From positions 124,001 to 158,283 of the forward strand of contig JYFJ02000239.1 in assembly GCA_000934665.2 (NCBI GenBank): DNA of 34,283 nucleotides, in the 5' to 3' direction. The position numbers and the translations under genes were made by a program. The notes beneath the pieces are model-generated. The model made no database searches. It was not told the DNA's origin and saw only the letters and a list, made by a program, of their open reading frames with translations. Origin of the DNA: Catajapyx aquilonaris. Lineage: Eukaryota. Shown here piece by piece: positions 1-8,173 of the stretch. The stretch's first letter is position 1, and each line of letters opens with the position of its first letter.

Positions 1-371
1 CTATTAGAAGCTTGATGTTCTCCCCAATGCTGCAAAAATATTAATGCTGTTAATAATATTCACTTCATTAGTCGTAACAAGGCACGATACATTTTAAGCT
101 AATTTGTAATTGTTTCCGAAGCAATATCTGAAATAGCGTTGTAATGCTACAAGTAGTAGCATGAGGATGCATAATGATGTACATTTTTTTCTCTCTCTCG
201 ATAATTTCAGTGCCGAACCAAACGACACACGTGGTCTATAAGTTAATGTCCGTCCACGTGTGCAATGCAAGATCGGACCATCAGCCTTGTTTTTAGCCCC
301 GTCGACTTCACTTACTACTTGGACAGCTTCTCGAACAGGAGCTGCGTCTCCTCCTCAGTCAACGGCCTCAT
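1..371 (-). CDS. NIP7: 60S ribosome biogenesis protein NIP7, 5' part (exon 1 371..316, intron 315..30, exon 2 29..<1, runs off the window)
   Basis: Not in the ORF track. The minus strand from ATG at 371 reads MRPLTEEETQLLFEKLSK-TA|gtaagt; the acceptor ttttgcag|C at 30/29 continues Y-IGENIKLLI. This matches the conserved NIP7 N-terminus (MRPLTEEET..FEK..KYIGEN..LL), and the splice phases agree. Confidence 0.92.
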
Positions 372-731
372 TTTATGGCTCAGATGAACAAACTGGAGGC
401 AAAGAAAATGAAGAAAATGCAGTCAATCACACCAAGACGGCAGCCATTGCACGCAAAATCAAGGTTACCAGATGCGCACTCACCTTGCAACATTACCCCA
501 TAATTTTAAACTTAATTATGTCTGTAATATCTATAATAAAATGTGGAAACAATTTTAAATTATTTTAATGTTAATTCTAATGGATTTTTGGTCCGCGGTT
601 CACGTTCCTTCTGTTGATTCATTGTGTGAAGGAACGGACCGGTCCGTTTCATCAGTTCCATTTTTAAGACAAGGAACGGCATGGCTGACTTCACATTGAA
701 ATAAATTTCTCTTGAAATACTTCTGCTCGAA
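372..731. promoter_or_regulatory. Bidirectional promoter/5'UTR region between divergent NIP7 and ELP5
   Basis: There are 360 bp between the divergent start codons (371 on -, 732 on +). The region contains the perfect 16-bp palindrome AACGGACCGGTCCGTT (633-648) and AAGGAACG three times (603-610 reverse, 629-636, 671-678). Confidence 0.6.
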
Positions 732-1656
732 ATGAATCGGAACCGTTCAAAAGTGACTCTTTTAGCAGACATTGTGACTGGAGTCAAGCCTGCACAGCTA
801 GTGCTCATTGTTGGTAAGTGTTTGCTGTCTTGTAGCCAGCTTATGACCTAATGATGTGAACTTTTCAGACAGCTTGGATTGTCCGGCACGCAGACTTTTG
901 AAGGCATTTGTCAAGTACGCTCTGGGTGATGGCCAGGTACATGTCATGTGCTGCGGGAGGCCACCGGGTGAATGGGAAGATGCATTTGCAGGGTCCAATG
1001 TTGTCACCCATGATGCTTGGAGCGATCAACGTGGATGGAGCCAAGACGGCGAATGTATACGAGACGATGCCTGCTTGCACGACTATCTCAAAGCCAAGTG
1101 GACACCCGGGTCGACCATTGTGATTGATTCGCTGTCCACGTTTTTGCTGGCACAAGGCGTCACTGGTGTTGTGCGGAATCTTCACTCGCTGATGGGATTG
1201 GAAGGCCTGAAGAGGGTTGTGTGTGTTCTGCATGGTGATGGCCATTCGGAGGAGACCGTGGCCATGTTGCGTCACATTGCCAGCGCATCATTGGTACTGA
1301 AATGTGGTAGTGCAGATCCAAAATGCCATACTACGTACAAGGCTGCAAGTGGGGCAGTTAAAACGTCGGTGGATAACTTTACGGTGTCTGATTCGTATGA
1401 ATTGACTGTAACGCCTGTTACCGTGGCACACAAGCTAAAAGTGGAGGTACAACCAGAGGATCCAATGGCGTCGATCACTACGTTTAAGCTGACTTTGGGC
1501 GAGCGAGAGATGGAGGCACGGAAGAACCTTGTGCTTCCATATATTAAAGTGGGTGAGCAGTCAGGGAGTCAGCAGTCAGAGGCAAAGATTTATTATCAGC
1601 CAGATGATGCAGATGATTTTGACGAGGATGATCCTGATGATGACTTAGACCTGTGA
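732..1656 (+). CDS. ELP5: Elongator complex protein 5, 289 aa (exon 1 732..813, 55-nt intron 814..868, exon 2 869..1656)
   Basis: ATG 732 MNRNRSKVTLLADIVTGVKPAQLVLIV-G|gtaagt ... ttttcag|AC joins in frame to ORF 856..1656. ELP5 hallmarks: LVLIVDSLDCPARRLLKAFV, HDAWSDQRGW, TIVIDSLS, LHGDGH, TFKLTL...ARKNLVLPY and the C-terminal IYYQPDDADDFDEDDPDDDLDL. Confidence 0.93.
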
Positions 1657-1740
1657 TGTTTGTATCAAAGTGTAATTATTACGAGAAAGTGGCGTCCGAT
1701 AATAATAAAACAAGTTCATCACACGAGACCACTGTATATC

Positions 1741-2589
1741 TTATTCCTCCTCATTTTCCAAGTTGATGTTTGAACCAAACCTTCCATACAGCATAACCTT
1801 TAGCTCCGACATGTTTTCCTTCACCTTTGCTATCTTCTTCTCCAGCTCAAGTATGTCCTTGTTCATCTTCTCGGTCATATTCTCCACTGTTTTCTGAAAG
1901 ACATAAAAGAGGAAGGTTCACATGTGCTACTATACAAAATGCAAAGGTCTCTCCAACAGTCAATGGAAACTCTCAAGCGAGTTACATTTGACGCAATCAA
2001 TACAGATGGGTTGTATCGCAACTGATGGGTTTCCCCTTATTTTAATTGGCAGGTTTTGCCATAATTTAACGACTAAGAAATTGTAGCTTTGGATGTACCA
2101 TAAAGGTGCGTTTATACGCGAGTGATTTGATGAGCGAAGTCGTCGCCAAGCGAAGTGACCAATATTGTTTGAGGTGAAAGTAACAATCAATTTTCGCCTC
2201 CAACAATACTGGCGTTGTTCGGCGTCGTTATCGCCATTGCTGACACCATGCTCAAACCTACAATAGCTTCCGGCGCAGCAAGTTCAATGAAGGCCTCCCC
2301 CACTTGGTATGGCACCACGTCCTCATCCTCGTCCAGAAGCTGAATATCATCCACAGCATCCTCAAGCGCCTTCTTCACATTCTGCTTGGTCTTCAGCTCC
2401 TCCTTGGCATCATCCATCCACGCATTGCATCTCGCAAACTTGTTGATCCTCTGCTGGTCCTCCAACGTTATGTGGACATCCGTGTCCTACAATTAAAAAG
2501 AAGCCACAAATTCAAGCCAACTGTTCAATCCAGATAGAACTTGGTGGCCTACTCACCGGTTGAAATGTCCCCTTTTCGCCCTTCGACAT
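1741..2589 (-). CDS. PFDN4: Prefoldin subunit 4, 136 aa (exons 2589..2557, 2486..2262, 1893..1741)
   Basis: Spliced translation: MSKGEKGTFQP|DTDVHITLEDQQRINKFARCNA...ALEDAVDDIQLLDEDEDVVPYQVGEAFI...EAI|KTVE...MSELKVMLYGRFGSNINLENEEE*. Both introns are GT-AG and phase 0. EDQQxINKFAR and LYxxFGxNINLE are PFDN4 signatures. Confidence 0.95.
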
Positions 2590-2833
2590 TTTTTCGAAAT
2601 AATATTCCAGTCGAACGAACTAGACAATTCGCATGAGAACACGCCTCTGCATGTACTTTCGATTATCCGCCGCCAGATGGGAGAGTGATACGGTGGATGT
2701 TGTTGACAGATGGCCGGTAGAGGCGCTTTTTACGCTTCTCTTCACCACGCTACGACCACGCTGTCTCGTGCCCCGTGCTCTGCCCTCAGGAACTGAGGAA
2801 GTCAACTCCGCTGCAGCACAACATCATCAACTG
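2590..2833. promoter_or_regulatory. Bidirectional promoter between PFDN4 and zinc-finger copy 1, with CTCF-like motifs and a conserved 15-mer
   Basis: CCGCCAGATGGGAG (2670-2683), TGGCCGGTAGAGGCGCT (2711-2727) and CTGAGGAAGTCAACT (2793-2807). The latter two recur upstream of copies 2 and 3; the first recurs upstream of copy 3. Confidence 0.55.
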
Positions 2834-2901
2834 GTATTGTAGCACATTTTTGCTTCATTATTCCCATAAGTTGACATGTGCATTACTTTCAGTGTCGCAT
2901 C

Positions 2902-4659
2902 ATGAGTGCCGTGCCTGAAGAATCCCCACAGGCCGATGAGGATGTAGCTATTCTGCCTGTTGAGGTGTGGCTGTGCTCAGTGTGTGGTGAGGAGTTTGGA
3001 AGCAAGGATGGTCTGGAGATGCACCCGCAGTGTGTGAAAACGGCAGGTGACATGTTTACGTGCGATGCGTGTGGGGCTGATTTCATGGTTAAGTCTAGCT
3101 TGGATGCTCACCATAAAAGGTGCGAGAAGAAGACGAAAAAATGCTGGGATCCCGACTGCGAGCTCAAGTTTTCTCGCAGGTCGCAGATGATTGCGCATTA
3201 TTACAATGGGCATCTCCAGGGGAATTCTCAAGTTGTGTGCAAGGAATTTAAAACCATGGGTGATTTTTTTGAGTGGAAGGTGACTTTGGAGCTGCAAAAT
3301 TCTGGCCGCTATGTTAAGACGTGCTCTACAAGGATCCCGCAGGATAATGTGTTGTATTCATATTATGTGTGTCAGATGGATGGCTCCTCAAACTCTCATC
3401 ATACGAGAAACACGAAAGGCAGGTGGAAACGCGACTCATTTGAAACTGATCTGAATTGCTCTGCAAAGATGCTAGTTAAAGAGTACCCAGACAATGTAGT
3501 AGTGCATTTATGTGACTACCACACTCATTCCTTAAAATCAAAAAAAGGTTGGTTGGAGGTTTGTTACAGGGATGAGCGTCACCAGAGAGGCATGCAAATT
3601 TCCGGGGATGAGGTTATTCGTATTCAGGAAGGCACCTACATAGTCAACTCACAGTCTGATTCAGATACACCATACAAGGTAAAACTCTACTTTGATAAAT
3701 GTGAGATAGATTCTTGCTCTAAAACTTGCAGAGAGCCAGAATGCTTCGGTCTTTGTGGCCATATGTATCACTGCTTTTGCCCAGATGGCCGTCGAATGTG
3801 CAAGCACATTCACAAAGTCCATGCCATTAGACAAGCAGGCGATATTCCTATAAGTAGTAATCATGCATGGGACCTCAGAAGCGAGCAGACTTCATACTGG
3901 CTTGGTTCCAGGGACAAACGTCACTCTAGGGGCATGAATATCTCCAAGCATAATGTGCTTCGTGTTCAGGAAGGCACCTATGGAGTTGATTCACAGTCCT
4001 GTATATATACAAAATACACGGTAAAACTCTACTATGATCAATGTGAGAGGGATTCTTGCTCTACAATTTGCACAGAGCAAGGATGCATTAATCTTTGTGA
4101 CCATATGTATCACTGTTCTTGCCCAGATCCCTGTGAAACATGCAAGCACATTCACAAAGTCCATGCCATTAGAAAGGCAGGTGATATTCCTATTAGTGGG
4201 GATGCATATGATCTCCAAAGTGATGCAGAGACAGATACAGAGAAGGAGACGGATTCAGAGAAGGAGACTGATTCAGAGGAGGAGATGGATACAGATACAG
4301 AGCCTTCATGGTACTATAATAACTATAGTTATGGACGTTTCCCTGACCAACGTCACGATAGGGGCATGGGAATTCCCACGGATGATGTGGTTCGCATTGA
4401 GGAACGCGCCTACATAGTCAATTCACAGTCCTATTCAGATACACCGTACTCTGTAAAACTCTACTATGGTAAATGTGTTTCTTGCTCTAAAACTTGCACG
4501 CAAGGATGCGTTGATCTTTGTGGTCATATGTATCGCTGCTCTTGCCCAGATGACAATCTAATATGCAAGCACATTCACAAAGTCCATGCCCTTAGACGAG
4601 CAGGCGATATTCCTATAAGTGGGACCCCGAAAGTGTTGAAGAAGATGCCTCCCAAATAG
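2902..4659 (+). CDS. MULE-transposase-derived zinc-finger protein, copy 1 (585 aa): 3 C2H2/C2HC fingers, WRKY/FAR1-like domain, 3 tandem extended SWIM modules, no DDE domain
   Basis: ATG 2902 follows a probable 5'UTR intron 2834..2892 (gtattg...tttcag). Fingers CSVC..H, CDAC..HHKRC, CWDPDC..HYYNGH. Block FFEWKVTLE...YYVCQMDG...CSAKMLVK...CDYHTH. Three repeats of RH.RGM.I...Y.V.SQS...C..C..C..C..C.HMY.CxCPD....CKHIHKVH starting at ~3568, 3910 and 4342. Confidence 0.8.
   Translation: MSAVPEESPQADEDVAILPVEVWLCSVCGEEFGSKDGLEMHPQCVKTAGDMFTCDACGADFMVKSSLDAHHKRCEKKTKKCWDPDCELKFSRRSQMIAHYYNGHLQGNSQVVCKEFKTMGDFFEWKVTLELQNSGRYVKTCSTRIPQDNVLYSYYVCQMDGSSNSHHTRNTKGRWKRDSFETDLNCSAKMLVKEYPDNVVVHLCDYHTHSLKSKKGWLEVCYRDERHQRGMQISGDEVIRIQEGTYIVNSQSDSDTPYKVKLYFDKCEIDSCSKTCREPECFGLCGHMYHCFCPDGRRMCKHIHKVHAIRQAGDIPISSNHAWDLRSEQTSYWLGSRDKRHSRGMNISKHNVLRVQEGTYGVDSQSCIYTKYTVKLYYDQCERDSCSTICTEQGCINLCDHMYHCSCPDPCETCKHIHKVHAIRKAGDIPISGDAYDLQSDAETDTEKETDSEKETDSEEEMDTDTEPSWYYNNYSYGRFPDQRHDRGMGIPTDDVVRIEERAYIVNSQSYSDTPYSVKLYYGKCVSCSKTCTQGCVDLCGHMYRCSCPDDNLICKHIHKVHALRRAGDIPISGTPKVLKKMPPK
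4228..4302 (+). repeat. In-frame 18-bp minisatellite (~4 units) encoding the acidic linker ETDTEK-ETDSEK-ETDSEE-EMDTDT
   Basis: gagacagatacagagaag / gagacggattcagagaag / gagactgattcagaggag / gagatggatacagataca, between SWIM modules 2 and 3. Confidence 0.85.
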
Positions 4660-4860
4660 TAGAGGTGCTTGTTTCACATGAACTATCCAAATCAAACAAG
4701 GAAGACTGAATTTAACAAGTAATTATGTGCACTTGGAGAGTATGCTACAATTCGAAAGGTTCAAGTAACAATCTTGCCAGAAATTAGAAGGAAAGTCAGC
4801 GAATTACATGCTATGTGTGCAGCTGTTTGTAATGAGTGATCCTGCAGAACTCACTTTCAT
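4623..4860 (+). pseudogene. Decayed remnant of the C-terminal helical tail that is still coding in copies 2 and 3
   Basis: Aligns by eye to 9260-9510 and 12070-12330 (ILPEIRRK.SELHAMC.AVCN). It carries a ~13-nt frameshifting deletion, further small deletions and an AAA>TAA change. Confidence 0.8.
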
Positions 4861-5477
4861 GGGAAGAAACAATCTTTGGGACAAAAATGTAGATTGACTG
4901 TTTAATTACTGCACTAGCTGGTACACCTACAGATTTTTCAACTGACATGTGAATATGAGCATAACACTTGAACTTATGCTTGCAATGGCTTGATTCTTTA
5001 CCAGGTCAATGTGTAAGGTAATTAGGTGATTATCAAATGTTGCTGTAAAATGTAGTAAATTGACAAGCCAGGCCAACCACAATAACAAGGATGACGTGTG
5101 GGAACAATTTAGGTTACATAGCAGAAGTGTATGTGGTGCATAATATATGCAATTGGCCAATTGTTCCATGGCAAAACTACACTCATTTAAGCAGCATACG
5201 TTGTTTTTTTAAATATGAAAGTAGCACCTATATTTTCTAAAAGTGGACAATCATTCTATTGTTGGGATTTTTGCAATTAAAAGTAGCACGAGATGTCCAG
5301 TCTTGTGTCAAAAAACACGTGTTCTGAGAGGAAGTGACAATCATGTAAAGAAGAGATTTGCAATCATAAAAGGAATAAAATCATGCTCAGAAAGGGACGA
5401 TATATTTTTTAAGGACATGCAGTGTTTTGTATATTAATAATTTTACAAGACCTGGTGTTAGTGTTACACAGTGTATA

Positions 5478-5647
5478 CCGTATTTTACAGCACATGACGC
5501 ACAGGCGTATAAGATGCACCCGCATTTCAGTAGATCATATTCAGGAGAGAAAAAAACTTTAATTGTGTTGTCACATATAAGACTCAGGGCGATTTTTTGA
5601 GCCTTTTTTGGGGGATAAAAGTGTGTCTTATATGCCGTCAAATACGG
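5478..5647. mobile_element. ~170-bp MITE with terminal inverted repeats, at a TA site (Tc1/mariner/pogo-like)
   Basis: 5' TA|CCGTATTTTACAGCACATGACGCAC; the 3' end reverse-complements to CCGTATTTGACGGCATATAAGACACAC. The element is absent at the homologous position after copy 3 (~12910). Confidence 0.75.
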
Positions 5648-5964
5648 TGCAGTAATTATTTGGAATCAATGACGCTTAGTCACTAGTTATTCAGAATTAA
5701 AGAGCTACAGTATGCGGACTGAATTTGGTGAAGAACTGAATTAAATTGTGTTCATTTTGGCCATTTTTCATGTGGGTCCTCATTATGCAGATAATGTTCA
5801 GCAACATACCCACTTGACCTGTGTTACGGTACTTTGAAAACCAGATGTGGTTTATCATTGTGATTGGAATTTGGGCCTAATAATGTGTGAATGTCATTCT
5901 GACCTGTTTTTTTCTGTAGTTAAAAGTGCTAACTGTTCTGTAAACTGTTGGAAAAGTTTGGCCA

Positions 5965-7797
5965 TCCTTATAATAAAACAGAGTTTCTTTATTTGTTGGT
6001 GTATTTATGTGGGTATGTCACACCATTTTAACCCACTTCCCTAGTATCGAGAGTGCCGAAACTGGCCACACCCATGTCTTACATTTCGCTGATTCCGGGA
6101 AAAGTCCAGAAACTGCACTATTTTGAGTGTAAATGCCCCAAATGGTTTTTAAATACTGTTGTCTCATCTACAGCCACTGTTACCATGATGCTTCTACCCT
6201 CCCTCACTATTGTTGGTCAGTTGTTACCATTGACAGAGGTTGTTGGTAACCAAGGGACGTGTCATTGAGTATTTTGCTCGGCAGCGGCTGAGTTTAGCAA
6301 TGTACAGGCCTACTCTTACTAACCATACTGGGGCTGCTCAAAGCCCATGGCCGTCCCTTCTCGGGCTTCCCAAACTGCCGAACAATTACCGAACAATTAT
6401 TCAGCTACGGTACTCTACAACAGTTTAAAAGGTTTTTCATTTCACGGTTTACCTGTCTTTTCATATTGGGGGATCAAAATGTGCTCATCTGGGGGGTCAT
6501 CGCGAATTTCACAAGGCGATTTTTTTTTTTTTTTGGGATAACCTACGAGAAAGATTGGGAAGCACTGCCTCAAGGCCGCAAGACAATAATGCCAGGAAGG
6601 GAGATCACACAATGCCAGAAATAACTGTGGTACAGTACAGCGAGAAAAGAAAAGCAGTGTGACAAAAGACCAACAGGTGATGATGTGCGTAATAATGCGG
6701 CAAGAAATCATTGGCAAGAGGGTTATGAAAGTGGTTGACAAGAGAACAAAAATTTTAACATATTATTAGGCACTACATTACACTTGGGGATAACTTCTTT
6801 TGAATATGTACTGTACGTGTACCTGGAATATCATTGAAAAAAATCAATCCTGATCATTTATTGTGCCACTTATCACGACCTCAAGACGTAACGACACTAT
6901 AAATAATAGAATCATTTTTATCAAGCTGCATCATGTCCCTGCAACATTGCACCCCATACGTTAAGTCCTTGGCAACTTCGGATGAAGCCTGGAAGTGTTG
7001 CACCTCTGGATGTTGCAATAAGGGATGTTGCCATGTTGACATGAGTAGTGTTTCTCAGAGGGATTTCCCCGCCCTCTTTTCCTCGTGTAACTTGTTCGCC
7101 CTTTTCCTATCTATAGGCTCCAAAGTCCAAACTGAAATCTAAACCGACGGTGTCTGCGTGGACGTGAGTTCTCAACGCATCTGAATAGGGCCCATTGTGG
7201 CACTGGTTGTTCCTGCTGCTGAGCAGCCCAGGCACCCAGCTCTCATCAAATAGTGTTGTTCATTGTTTGGTTCTTTGGTACATTACCAAATAGTAACGAT
7301 TCAGAACAGTATTGTACCCAGTGATACTTTCATTGCTGCTTGAGACTGGTCCGAGTATTGCGTGGCATATGATCATTACCTGGCACAGACATGTAGACTG
7401 TGAGGTGAACTGAGGTAGGGTATCTGTTGCATACACAAGGTGTAGCTTTTGTTAATACATTACATAATTTCATGAAATACTGGCGCTGTTGGGCCACAAC
7501 AGGTCTTGCTCATGTGACATGTTCCAGGCCATCACTCCACGAGCACAGAGCATTTTACACTCCCTCTGACTTAGCTCACACTATGCAGGTTTTATGTTTT
7601 ACTAACGCCTTTCATTTTTCAATCCTCATGCCTCATCCTCATGCTCCCCTGGCACACACTGATGGTTTACATGCCCCCGATTCAGGGAAAAGTGCACTTT
7701 CTTGAGTCTAAATGACTAAAATTGGCACTAAAATTTAGGATTTTCCCGGTACTCTACCATGGATGTATGCCGTGCGAAGAATGGGCTCTAGTGATAG
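5965..7797 (+). mobile_element. Non-autonomous Helitron-like insertion (~1.83 kb)
   Basis: Starts A|TCCTTATAATAAAA. Ends with the imperfect hairpin CCGTGC-GAA-GAATGG (7770-7784), then CTAG (7788-7791) or ATAG|T (7794-7797). No TSD. Removing it restores ggcca-tagtttataaaataataatggtt, matching the uninterrupted gggca-taagttattaaataatggtt at ~10616-10640. No Rep/helicase ORF seen. Confidence 0.7.
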
Positions 7798-8173
7798 TAG
7801 TTTATAAAATAATAATGGTTCATGTTATTAAAATTCTTTTTTATTCTGCACCGATGAAACATGGAAGCCACAGTGCTTATTCATAATTGAATCCAGTGAA
7901 TTAACCTGCATATACAGGAACTGTGCCTAGTTATGTAGTTTAATGTAGTTTGATCCGACTTGATAGGTCAGCTAGAGGCGCTTCTTACTACTATCCTCTC
8001 GTGTGCGGCTGTGCAGTGTACACCACAGTCGTATGTGTCGCTGCCCTGAGGAAGTCAACTACGCTGCGGAACAACACCTATTCCTTTGATTTCTTGTCAA
8101 CATTGGTGGTATGGCTGCATGCTTTTGCTTCATTAAACCGTAAATCCACGTACATTCCTTTCAGTGTCGCATC

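Noticed and set aside
260..568. 102-aa plus-strand ORF
   Set aside because: It is antisense to NIP7 exon 1 and its promoter, starts with GTG, and has no recognisable features.
856..868. GTG start of ORF 856..1656, and similar starts at 2878 and 10979
   Set aside because: These lie inside introns. The true ATGs are at 732, 2902 and 11003.
1894..2261. Intronic snoRNA in PFDN4 intron 2 (and in NIP7 intron 1)
   Set aside because: No sense-strand C-box/D-box pair with a terminal stem was found. The TGATGA present in the PFDN4 intron is on the wrong strand.
6550..7300. Coding remnant (Rep/helicase or captured gene) inside the Helitron-like insert
   Set aside because: The frames I inspected are broken by stops and show no recognisable motif.
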